DNA of 64,000 nt, taken from positions 120,652,001-120,716,000 of the forward strand of contig OX597817.1 of assembly GCA_951406725.2 (NCBI GenBank), read 5' to 3'. Positions 26,054 through 39,986 of the stretch are shown here, in pieces. The notes under the pieces are model-generated. The model made no database searches, was not told where the DNA came from, and saw only the letters and a program-made list of their open reading frames with translations. Source of the DNA: Octopus vulgaris. Its lineage: Eukaryota. Each line of letters starts with the position of its first letter. Position 1 is the stretch's first letter. A program made the position numbers and the translations under genes.

Positions 26054-27870
26054 CATCATCATCATCATCATCATTTAACGTCCGCTTTCCATGCTAGCAT
26101 GGGTTGGACGGTTCAACTGGGGTCTGGGGAGCCCGAAGGCTGCACCAGGCCAGTCAGATCTGGCAGTGTTTCTACAGCTGGATGCCCTTCCTAACGCCAA
26201 CCACTCCGAGAGTGTAGTGGGTGATTTTATGTGCCACCGACACAGGTGCCAGACGAGGCTGGCGAATGGCCATGCTCGGATGGTGTTTTTATGTGCCACC
26301 GACACAGGTGCCAGACGAGGCTGACGAACGGCCACGATCGGATGGTGTTTCTTACGTGCCCACAGCACGGAGGCCAGTCGATGCGGTACTGGCTACGGCC
26401 ACGTTCGGATGGTTTTCTTGTGTGCCACCGGCACTGTACCACAAAGATACAAATTCCATTGATGTTCATCTATTTTGATTTGATTTGATTTGATTTTCAC
26501 TTGCCTCAACAGGTCTTCACAAGTGTCACAAGAAGGAAGGAAGGTATGCACAGGTGAACTGACAACGTCCCAGGTAGGGGCCACGGGTTATGGCCTGACT
26601 AGTCTTGCCGGGTCTTCGGATGATGTTTTTATGTGTCTCCGACACAGGTGCCAGATGGATGGTGTTTCTTACGTGCCCACAGCACGGAGGCCAGTCGATG
26701 CGGTACTGGCTACGGCCACGTTCGGATGGTTTTCTTGTGTGCCACCGGCAATGGTACCACAAAGATACAAATTCCATTGATGTTCATCTATTTTGATTTG
26801 ATTTGATTTGATTTGATTTGATCACTTGTCTCAACAGGTCTTCACAAGTGTCACAAGAAGGAAGGTATGCACAGGTGGACTGACTACGTCCCAAGTAGAG
26901 GCCACGGGTTATGGCCTGACTAGTCTTGCCGGGTCTTCGGATGGTGTTTTTATGTGCCACCGACACAGGTGCCAGATGAGGCTGGCGAACGGCCACGATC
27001 AGATGGTGTTTGTTATGAGCCCACAGCACAGAGGCCAGTCGATGCGGTACTGGCTACGGCCATGTTCGGATGGTTATCTTGTGTGCCACCGGCCCTGGTA
27101 CCACAAAGATACAAATTCCATTGATGTTCATCTATTTTGATTTGTTTTGATTTGATCACTTGCCTCAACAGGTCTTCACAAGTGTCACAAGAAGGAAGGT
27201 ATGCACAGGCGGACTGACTACGTCCCAGGTAGGGGCCACGGGTTATGGCCTGACTAGTCTTGCCGGGTCTTCAGATGGTGTTTTTATGTGCCACCGACAC
27301 AGGTGCCTGATGAGGCTGGCGAACGGACATGATCGGATGGTGTTTGTTATGTGCCCACAGCACGGAGGCCAGTCGATGCGGTACTGGCTACAGCCACGTT
27401 CGGATGGTTTTCTTGTGTGCCACCGGCACTGGTACCATAAAGATACAAATTCCATTGATGTTCATCTATTTTATTTTGATTTTCACTTTCACTTGCCTCA
27501 AAAGGTCTTCACAAGTGTCACAAGAAGGAAGGTATGCACAGGTGGACTGACTACGTCCCAGGTTGGGGCCATGGATTATGGCCTGACTAGTCTTGCCGGG
27601 TCTTTGGATGGTGTTTTTATGTGCCACCGACACAGGTGCCTAGTCTTGCCGGGTCTTCGGATGGTGTTTTTATGTGCCACCGACACAGGTGCCGGATGAG
27701 GCTGGCGAACGGCCACGATCAGATGGTGTTTGTTACGTGCCCACAGCACGGAGGCCAGTTGATGCAGTACTGGCTACGGCCACGTTCGGATGGTTTTCTT
27801 GTGTGCCACCGGCACTGGTACCACAAAGATACAAATTCCATTGATATTCATCTATTTCGATTTGTTTTGA
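26054..27870 (-). mobile_element. Family E element with about five tandem ~334-bp head units ending in one RTE-like (GAT)n tail
   Basis: Junction gccgggtcttcgga recurs at ~26607, 26928, 27262, 27595 (plus a partial at 27648). The tail 26054-26195 is near-identical to 58965-59110. Confidence 0.92.
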
Positions 27871-27883
27871 TTTTTTTTTTTTT

Positions 27884-27884
<1 letters not shown>

Positions 27885-27938
<54 letters not shown>

Positions 27939-28132
27939 TAATAACAACAACAACAACATAGAAAAATACCCTAGGAATGAGAACCCAGGTTCGAAATTTC
28001 CCCAAGACACCTGAAGAAGGCTGGAGAGTATATCAGCCGAAACATTGTGTTAACAACAAACAAGATGAGGACAAATATCCGTCAAATGTAAATAATGTAC
28101 ATAATTCCTCATCTCTTGAATATAGAACTGTA
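27885..28132 (+). mobile_element. 5'-truncated copy of the hammerhead-bearing element
   Basis: (TAA)n then gaaaaataccctaggaatgagaacccagg..., colinear with 15481-15642 through to tatagaactgta. Confidence 0.88.
28006..28051 (+). ncRNA. Minimal hammerhead ribozyme motif
   Basis: GACAC-CTGAAGA-A-GGCTG[loop]CAGCC-GAAA-CA-TT-GTGTT. Confidence 0.75.
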
Positions 28133-28444
28133 TTAAATATATTTGTTTGAAAGAATTTTTTTATAAATTTTCAAGAGAACATGAAATAAGTCTTCTTTGG
28201 AATAGTGGATCTTGAAGCAAAAATAAACCTATAAATATTAGCATGTATATATTAAGTTAAAGAAATGTTTTGAATAGAAAAAGTGGAAGGCTGCTCTGAC
28301 ATGTCTGCAGATGTAAATTTGTGTCCCACAGGCAGTCTTCGAATTATGCTATCCTAAATAGTTTTACAACCCAGTATTTACATGCAATTATTTTATAGCT
28401 TTATGTGTGCTTCTAGATCCAATATATTTTTTCTATGTTTTATG

Positions 28445-29087
28445 GAGTTGACCTGGCAAGCCAAGTGAGACCATAATCCATGGCCTATGCCAGTGCTGTA
28501 ACCAGCCCACTTATGAGTACCTTTCTTTCATTGGACACTAAACTCTGCTTGTGAAGACCTGTTGAGGCAAGAGAAATTGAAATCAAATTCGCTGATGTGG
28601 ACGATGACAACACTGCATGACTGGCATCAGTGCTAGTGGAACGCTAAGAGCACCATCCGAGCGTGATTGTTGCCAAGGCCACTGACTGGCTTCCATGCTG
28701 GTAGCATGTAAAAAGCACCATTCGAGCGTGAATCTTACCAGCATCGCCTTACTAGCACTTGCACTGGTGGCAAGTGAAAAACAACATTCGAGCGAGGTTG
28801 TTGCCAGTGCTGCTGGACTGGCTCCTGTGCAGGTGGCATGTAAAAGCAACATTTGAGTGGGGCTGTCACCATTACAGCCAGACTGACCCTTGTGCCAGTG
28901 GCATGTAAAAGCACTCACTACACTCTCGGAGTGGTTGGCATTGGCAAGGGCATCCAGATGTAGAAAATCTGCCAGATCAGGTTGGAGCCTGGTGCAGCCA
29001 TCTGGCTTGCCAGTTCTCAGTCAAACCGTCCAATCCATGACAGCATGGAAAGTGGACGTTAAACGATGATGATACTGCTGATGATGA
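28445..29087 (+). mobile_element. Family E element, monomeric apparently full-length form with five ~65-bp internal monomers
   Basis: Head gacctggcaag..., gtgaagacctgttgaggcaag, five gtgcNNgtggcaNNtaaaagcacc-like units, aagggcatccag block, ggacgttaaacgatgatgat tail. Confidence 0.88.
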
Positions 29088-29732
29088 GGTATAGCCACAT
29101 AGCTAAGAAATTTGCTTCATAGCCACAAGGTTCTGGGTTCACTCCTATTGTACAACCCCCAAGCTAACCAAAGTACCTTGTGAATGGATTTGATAGAAAG
29201 AATTTGAAAAAAGCCCATCACGCACAAAGACACACAAGCGCAGGAGGGCTGCACCAGGTTCCAGCTTGATTTGGCTCGGTTTCTGTGGCTACATGCCATT
29301 CCTAACAGTAACCACTTTAAAGCGTGTAGAAGATACTTTTATTGTGACACTGACATGAGCACTTTTATCTGGTGCCGGCATGAGTCTGTCTTCAATGGTG
29401 GCATGGGTTGAAAGACTTGACAGAATTCAACTAGTCTGAGGACTTTGTGAAGCTTCAATAGAATATGCTTTGGCATAAATCCTATGGTTGAACAACTTTC
29501 CTAACAACAACTACTTTATAAAATGTACTGGGTATTTGTTACAGTACCAGTACAAGACAGGTTGCCAAAGAAATTGCAAATTGAAAAAAGCCAAGGAATG
29601 GCAAGGTGTAGCTGTGTGGTAAGAGGTTTGCTTCTCAACCACATTTACCCAAGATGACACACTATGTTACAGAACCTAAGATCATATGGTTTGAAAGCAA
29701 ACTTCTGGCCACATGGCCATGTCTGTGTCTAT

Positions 29733-30226
29733 ATGGTGGTTGTCTACTCCTTATGAAGAGTTTGACCACCTCCTGTACCTACATCTTAGACCTATCATTG
29801 CATCTGATGTGGCTTTTCAAACCAGACAATGTTCTGAAAAGAGACCCACATAGATTGCACATCCAATTTGGATCACCAAGGGCTGCAGACAAGTTCTGAT
29901 CTTTGTGGATCTTTAAATGTCTTTCGAGGCCTCCATTAGATTTGCAAACCTTCTGGCATACACTACATTCAAAGATGCACACAGACATATAGGCAGAATA
30001 GTTGGTGGAGGTTCATGTTCTTTGGGTTTGCAAATGAGATTTGAGTCCAGCAAAAGAAAGGCACGGTCTGTCACAAACTGTGCCCACAAAAAGGTCATTC
30101 ACCTTCTTGATCATAACATTCTTCCTTAGATCTCTTTTGAGTCTTGCATGCATTATCTTGGCCTCTTCAGATGCTTTCACTCCACTTCACACTTTTGTTC
30201 AACATCCAGCGCGATCCAAGTCTACG
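29733..30226 (-). pseudogene. 3' end of an RTE/BovB-like LINE ORF2 with three C2H2-like fingers
   Basis: One frame gives [95 protein letters not shown]. In-frame stops; 5'-truncated at a TA tract. Confidence 0.78.
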
Positions 30227-30281
30227 TATATATATATATATATATATAAATATATAGATACAAATATATATATATATATGC

Positions 30282-30379
<98 letters not shown>

Positions 30380-30476
30380 TATACATATATATATACATAT
30401 ATACATATACATATATATACATACATATATATGTACATACATATATATATACATATATATACATACATATATATAT

Positions 30477-30547
<71 letters not shown>

Positions 30548-30596
30548 TACATATATATACATACATATATATATACATAAATATATATATATATAT

Positions 30597-30983
30597 GGGA
30601 TGGAAGCACTCTGTCGGTTACGACGACGAGGGTTCCGGTTGATCCGAATCAACGGAACAGCCTACTCATGAAATTAACGTGTAAGTGGCTGAGCACTCCG
30701 CAGACACGTGTACCCTTAACGTAGTTCTCGGGGATATTCAGCGTGACACAGAGAGTGACAAGGCTGGCCCTTTGAAATACAGGTACAACAGAAACAGGAA
30801 GTAAGAGTGAGAGAAAGTTGTGGTGAAAGAGTACAGCAGGGATCACCACCATCCCCTGCCGGAGCCTCGTGGACCTTTAGGTGTTTTCGCTCAATAAACA
30901 GTCACAACGCCCGGCCTGGGAATCGAAACCGCGATCCTATGACCGCTAGTCCGCTGCCCTAACCACTGGGCCATTGCGCCTCC

Positions 30984-30984
<1 letters not shown>
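30597..30984 (-). mobile_element. tRNA-derived SINE family C, full length and young
   Basis: Reverse complement GGAGGCGCAATGGCCCAGTGGTTAGGGC..GGTTTCGATTCCC (A/B boxes). CpGs retained; TA-flanked. Older partial copy at 46250-46450. Confidence 0.9.
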
Positions 30985-32289
<1,305 letters not shown>

Positions 32290-33094
32290 TTTCTGTATTT
32301 GTTAGAAACAGAATCAAAATGCTAAAAATCTCACCAGACTTCTGTCGTTAGATTGTTAAGGTGATACTGATAAAATACAAAACCAGTGCAGTTCTTAGCA
32401 CTGGAGTGCAAACAGAATAAGAATTGATATGTGCTCTTATTGCTTGAGATGCTGAGAATATTGAAAGAAATTTCTTGAAGGCATATTTTATCTACTTTCC
32501 AAACCTATGAATATTATATGTCAATGGAGGTTATGGTGATGGTGGTGGTGGTGGTGATCATGGCTGTGGTCATGGTGGCAGTGATGATGATGAGGATGAG
32601 GATAATGATAAAGATGGTGAATGGCAGTGATGTTTGTGGTGATGATTTTATGATGATGAAGACAATAAAGATGATGATGATTATACTAGTGGTTTATGGT
32701 AGTGCTGGTGGTGGCTAGAGATCATTTCTGGAAGGCAAAAAGAGAAATAAGTAAAAGAGCAGAAATTTAAACCATTCTGTATTCTCAGATAATACTAAAT
32801 CTTGGACAATTTGCATAAAATGTAAGCACCAAGATTGCGAAAAATACCATTCAGAAGCAATTTATTGTTACCTAAGGTAAAAATAATCAAAATGCTATCA
32901 GAGTTTGAGTGCTCGGACAGAATCTAAGGAGGGGATTAGATAATACCGGAGCTGTTTGGAGCAAAGTATGAAATAATGGTCAGCGTGATGATGGCAATTT
33001 GTAACCTTGTATGTAGTGGAAAGTTGTGCCAAGAGAATTGGCTGCAATCCATTGCTGTTGTTGGCTACATAACAATGGAAAACTAATAACAGAT

Positions 33095-33131
<37 letters not shown>

Positions 33132-34149
33132 TATAGACCTTTAAAATTCAGATATGTGCACTATTTTCTATCAGATGAAATTGCTGGTTAACAGGTAACC
33201 TCTATTAAACTATCGGATGTGGTGACCAAGAGAGATTCTGTTTGCACTATATTTTCTATCTTTTTTTTTTTTTCTTTTTGTTATCTCAAGTTGCATAATA
33301 GATAAATAAACAAATCAACATTTCAGCATGTTTGTGCGTGTGCATGTGTGTATGTGAGTATGTGTGTGTTTTCTTTCTGACAGCAAATTGGAATAAATAT
33401 TATTTACTTTTGTTTGTCGCTTACAACGGAATTTAATTCCTCTGTGTTCTACTGAAGAGAAAAATTATATGTCTACAGTGAGAACATTCTTACTTTCTGT
33501 TTTCATCTGTAACAATTCATAGTTTCTCACTCATAACTCACAAGTTTCTGTAAGATTTACACATATTCTTATCTTCCTGTTGCTGTCTCTCTACTACACA
33601 CGCACACACACACACACACATGTAGTAACTCAATTAAAATGAAATGCTACCTAACAGAAACTGTCTTACATTATTCAGACTTACTGCAGTAGTTCTTCAA
33701 GTTCAAATCCCACCAGGATTGACTTGACTCTTTTAATACCGAACCACCTGAGACAGTTCCGGTTGTATGTTACCATCTTCCTCTTTTAAAGTGAACTAAA
33801 TTATAACTTTCCATCAAAATGTCACCTCAGTTACATTCCAAGCACCAATTTAATAAGAGTTTAAACTTTTATCTTTCTAGCATTAATAAGATAAATACTA
33901 GTAGTACTTATGATTTTATCAGCGCTTTCTCTGTTCTGTCAAATATTGGCCTTTGGTTGTCCCATAGGAGATAGAAATCACTGTTAATTAAAGATACGAC
34001 AGTGGGGAATTTTACTGTGAGAATTGATTATCAGGTTACACTACTGTATGATTTCTAAGTCAGCGTCTCACTGATCTGAATTCCGTTCTTGTAGACATCA
34101 ATAAATTTATTTGATCTAAAAGTATAATTCTGAGAATTGCTTTTCTTTC

Positions 34150-34389
34150 TTAACCCTCATTGATACCAACCCACCTGAAGCCATTTTTTGTTCTGTTATT
34201 GAAATGTTTCTCTTGTAAAGAGATCTAAATTAAAATCCGCCCCACCCCACCAAAATTTCATGTTAATTGATGTTCTGATCATCAGCTTAATAACAACTAA
34301 GTTATTTAACCACATCTTTTGTTATTTAAAAAAATTAATCAAAATTAAGTGGTTGTATTTTAATAAAAATGTGGTGAGAGAAAAGTTAA
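34150..34389 (+). mobile_element. piggyBac-like MITE
   Basis: Starts TTAA-CCCT and ends in a degenerate ..aaaag-TTAA. Related to the minus-strand pieces at 43801-44154 and a fragment near 33735. Confidence 0.55.
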
Positions 34390-37300
34390 AAGCAATAGGG
34401 TTTAAAAAATTTTTGATTAAGTTTGAGGAGAAAGGACAGTGGCCATGAGTTTATTGCATGGTATTCAAGGCTAGTGGGTAATTAGGAGGCAAAAAATCAC
34501 AGAAACTTATGGGTTGTTGTATTAGGAAAATGAGTAACTCAAGATATTAAGTTATTCTCAGATCTGAGACTTAGTCTGAATACTTCCAACAGAATGAACT
34601 CTACTAAAGTCAACTAATGTGCAAGAGTTTTGCACTTAACCTTGTAATGGATTAAACATACTATCTAAAAACAGGAGACATTCCATCCAATGGCCACCCA
34701 CGCAATTTTCATCAATTAATGACTTATAGGGCTTGGATCAATTTTGAGGCTATGGTTGAAGACATTGTCCTTAGATAATGTGCAGTGGGATTGAAATTGG
34801 AAATGTGCAATTGTAAAACAATCTTCTTAATCACTTGACCATAGTAGTAACACCTGTCAGCCATCCCAGCTATGGGTTATTTAGCATATTAGGGCTTGCC
34901 TACTCATGCATGTGAAGACTGAATCTAGTGGAATCTGCCAAAGAAACCTTCATGATTTAGTGGGGGAGAAGATGACAGTAGCAACACATTGTGGAGTGCA
35001 GAGAGCAAGATGTGGCAAATAAGACATCTTGGTCATCCACTGTATCCATCTCCACCCTAATTGTTTTGATCTGGTCTTGCTGTTCTATTGAAAACGGTCA
35101 CAGATTAGAGTGAAATTGATGGAGTGTAACTTGTTCACATTAAACAATCTCACTGCACAAGCCATCAGCCATCCTTGAGGATGTCAAGATGGTCCTCGTT
35201 TCAACAGTTGAACATAATGTTAAAATTTAGTGCCAGAGAAGGAGACACAACATAATTTCTTAAACATATAGAAACAACAACAAATATCCCTCAAATCTCA
35301 TTGTATCATCTTTCAAAAAGGAAAAGTACATTGGGTAATTTGCAGTTTTAGATACTTTATTTGTGCTGATTTTGGAATAAAGAATAATGTTGTTAGTGAA
35401 TATGGTACATGATAAAGCTCATAATCCAGAAATTCTGCCTAGAGATATAATTATTCTTTTTATGTAAGATATATTAGTTCCTTTGACTTATATTATTTAA
35501 ATAGAAGTACAATTTGCATTTTGAAACTGAGAAACAATATATGTTATAGCAAGTGTTGTAACAGCTATTAATTGGGTTTTCATATGAATAGTAAATAGCA
35601 AATTCAGAAAATTAGCAATTGTGCTAGGAGTGATGAAGTAGAGAAGAGACAGCACATTGACAACAGATTTGTTGTAATACATTGATAAGTGAAGACTTTT
35701 CTATCAGGCGGATGGCATTTTGTGGGCAGATATAAAATGTGATGTATGTTTTCTCATAAATAATTTCTTGATATTTTTAAAAAAAATAAACGAATTATTT
35801 TAAATCACTTTTGTTCACACTGATAGCCCCAAGTAATTATAACCTTCTAAGTTAACTCCCTTTGGGATTATTATATGCAGAAATGGTTTTCTAGTTTGAA
35901 TTAATAACACACATTCTGTCTGAATGAAGATTAGTTTTGAATAATTTTTATATCGTTTTATTAAAGCTACAAAATCAAATTCATAAATAGATGTGATAAT
36001 TTAGTTATCAGTCTTTCATTACTGTGTAATTATGATGATATTTTCATTATAACTTTTTTTATTATTTTTCAGTTATCACGCCCAAACATTTCTAACCCAT
36101 TACTTTTATCAAAACATTAACAATTTTAGTGTTGATGTTATCTATTTTAGTGAAGATAATTTTGTGGATATTATTTTTCTCTTCTTCTAAGCTTAATTGC
36201 TTTTGGAAATAAAACATTACTATTTAATAAAAAAAATCAAGCTAAATAATCAGTTCAGTTATGAGAAATTTATGGTCAATGAGTTCAAATTATAATTGAG
36301 CCAGAGTGACACAGGAACACCATATCTCATTTTATAGTGTTTAAAGAAAGCAAAGCATTGAAACTACTAAATCTATTAACCTGAAGTAAGATGAATGAAG
36401 GCTTATGGTCTTATATTTACCATCAAAGTTTGAAAGTGATTATCTCTATTTGATTCTACTAAAATAAATAGTTCCACATTATATAATGGCGAAAATAGTC
36501 TCCAGTAGTAAGCAATGATATTCTAGTCTTTGGTTAGGTATTAGAGCAATGGCTGTATTCTTAATCCAAGGGATGGAGAAAGCTTCCCAAATATCAAGTA
36601 GTCAGTTGAGATGTCATAGTTAATTTATAATTTACTAATATTCTGTAACTTGATAAATCTGAGGTGGTTGTGCTTATATACAAGAAATCAATATTGTATG
36701 TGGCTAACATCTTATCATTTAAGAGTAAGAATTGGTCATGTGTTTCAAAGAACAGCTGTTAATATCTGTATTTTTGAAATGAGTTATTATTATAACAACT
36801 TAAATTCTTTGAGGTACAAACCATATCTTTTGTGTATTTGTCTGTTAGATTGTTTCAACTGGTTCATTCTGTAATCTTCACTTATCCCATATTTATATAT
36901 TTGCATTCGTGTACATAAAGCTAAGTGCTTTAGAACATTGAATCCCTTTAATTAGAAACAAAAGTCATAATTTAAACCATTGCTGTGATTTCAAACCCAG
37001 GTGTATATATACCTTGTCATTGTTGAGAATACAGTATTTACTTGTATGAAAAAGATACTGGTATTAAGAATACATAGCACCACATGGCATATATCATAAT
37101 TCATTTGAGTGGATCTAAACATGTTTAGGCTTTCATGTGATTCAACCGTTCTGAATGGGGAGTAATTGCAAATAGTTTAGTTTCTAAAGATATCTGTCAT
37201 TAGCTTTGGTTTGGTCAAAACGAATTTTGCTGCATGACCAAATAAGATGATACTCAAAGATAAGTTGCAAAACTTGATAAATTAATATTTTACCAAAATT

Positions 37301-39179
37301 AAGCATTTAATCAAACCTCCCAAAGAAGTTCAGGCAATGAACAACTGATGAGCTTGTGAATTCAGATGTTGCTGTTTCTATTCCAGTATACTTTTGGGCA
37401 AAGAATATAACTCTGTTTCTCTTGTTCATAAGTTCTATTTTTACTTCAAGGTTAAAAGGCTTTAGAAGCAATATAACTCATGAGCTTTTGGTGCCTTTCA
37501 GAGATTTTTTAAATTGATGCCGACAATTTCTTGTTTGAAGATTTACAGGGAAAAATGCTTGCAATATAGTATGAACTTTGCAAAGAAAAAGAGAAGGTGC
37601 CCAATGACCAGATGACTGCCACAAGGTCCAGTTTGGTATGGTGGCTTGTGTGCTCCAATAACTCTGAGAGCTACACCAGTAGAGCACCAGCTCCTGATAG
37701 GACCTCAGGCTGGTCATGCCAAAGCATAGAGGCCAAAGTCGTATAGACCAGCTCTTCCTGCAGGTGAAAGTTGATTCATGTAGAGTAAACATTCCTACCA
37801 ATAATGTAAAGCAAAGTTACAGAAATATCAATCACTATTCTGAACTAAATAGATCTGGGAGAGGAAGGCCTTCACTCAGAGTAACATATGACATTTCAAA
37901 ACCTGATCTGGAAGCTACAAAGGAGGACACTGTGAAGATAACCTTAAAATAGCTGGAGATGAGATACTGAACAAGAACCCCAAAAAATGCAGGGAAATAA
38001 TTTGAGGAAAGTAAAATAGACAGCCCAATGTTGAGAACACTGGAGGATGTCATCAATGTTTTGCAGGGAATGAAGGGCTTAATAAATAAGAATCAGGTGG
38101 AGGCTTTAAACATAAATATTAGTTTCAGGTGCAATTAAATTATCATTTAGTTGTAAACAAAATATATTTGTTCAAATAATATGCAAATATTTGAATTGGA
38201 AAATATTGCTTGACTGAATTAGAGGGCAGAAAATTTAAGATGTAAATATTTTATTTTTTTTAACTAGTTCAAGCATATAAATTAAATATGCCAAAATATG
38301 TCTACAAGGTAGCTTTTCTTTATACAGTAAATGAATAATGAGTATAAAAAATGGGTTTTATTATGAATGCATAAAATTCATAATATGTGGTAAATATTTT
38401 ATTTATTCTCCATTTTTTTCATATTAATAATTATAATAATAATGGTAATAGTCAACGGTGAAAAATTATTGGAAATGCCTTCTTTACCAACAATCTCTTT
38501 TGTAAATATCTCGCTGCTTTTTCTTTTCCATTTTTTGTTTGTTTTTGGTTTTAGCATGGTGATGGTGATGGTGGTGGTGGTGGTTTTGCAATAATACAAC
38601 CATTAATATCATAACAAACAAAAACAAGAGAAAACTTATCATTTATGATTTGTATTGATTGTTGTTATTCATTTGAATCATGTAGGAAGATTACTGTTAG
38701 GCTTTAAGAAAACATAAAGAGATTTTGATGAAAGAACTCCCATCATATCTCTTACCCTCTCTCTCTCCACCCCTCTCCCCTCTCTCTCTTTTTCTCATCT
38801 TCTGTCTCCCTCTAGAAAATTGAACTAACTTTCATATGGACACACAGACTTTCTACAAGTGGTCTACCATTGGGACAGATATTTCTATCAGAACTGGTTA
38901 ACGTGAATGAATGAAGAAACAATGCTCCTTTTGTCCCATTAAATTCTCTTGAATACTTTGCTTTGGTAAATATATAGAGAGAAATTTGGTGCCAAGATTC
39001 TCATTGTTTAGGCGCTTCTATAGCTAGACCAACATTAATTCTTTCTAAACAGATACTATCATATTTCATAAGATATTGTTTCCTCTGTCACCAAAACCAT
39101 TGACTAAGGATTCAATAGCTTTTCCTTTCACTGCTGTGTATATATTCATGTATATAACTTGTGTGTATATGCTTGTACA

Positions 39180-39254
<75 letters not shown>

Positions 39255-39942
39255 GATGTATGTATCTGTACATGTGTGTAAAGATATATATATATATATA
39301 TGTATATGATTATGTTAGTGTTTATTGGTACAGATAGAAATCTTGAAATATTTGTCTGTTCCTAGGGCATAAAACTATTAATAATGGTGATGCTTCAGAT
39401 TTCTCAACAAAGCTTTGACCAAGACACAAGCAATTCTCATTTTCATGATAAAAATGACAGGATAGCTTATCTTTTAGTTCTTTAAAGTCAACCTCTTCCA
39501 TTAATTCGATACTGTCAAGTGATTTTTATTTCATTCTCTACTCTATGTGGTAAATCTCTTCTATTTCTGGGTGACATCTGTTTATACTAATGGAAGATTT
39601 TTTTGTCTTCTTTCGATTTGTTTTGAAGCCTTTCCTAGACATTTATTTCACTTTTGTTACACGTACATTTAGCCTTCAAATAACAAATTAGATGTCTTGT
39701 AAATTGACTCGGTTTATCTTTAGCTGTAATCTTTAGACATTCGCACTCCTTTGCAAATACTACAGCATTTAATTCTCACTGACAATTTCTTTCATGGTGG
39801 TCACACATTAATCATGACTGTTATTGAGGCTGCATTACAAATCTAGGTTTCATCTGGTTCACTCCAGAGACCTGCTAACCCTTTATCAAGCCCATATCTA
39901 TCTTCAGATGGTTTACTTTATCATACATTGCATAAAATATAC

Positions 39943-39986
<44 letters not shown>

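Noticed and set aside
27160-27699. 179-aa ORF and neighbouring ORFs in the tandem array
   Set aside because: By-products of the GC-richer tandem repeat. Frames are not preserved between units and no domain is recognisable.
28621-28915. CRISPR-like repeat-spacer periodicity (~65 bp), also in 26230-27800
   Set aside because: The 'spacers' are homologous to one another, the context is a eukaryotic retroelement with a (GAT)n tail, and there are no cas genes.
29779-29988. Host C2H2 zinc-finger gene
   Set aside because: The upstream frame has stops and LINE C-terminal motifs, there are no TGEKP linkers, and it ends in a retroelement-like tail. Treated as a LINE remnant.
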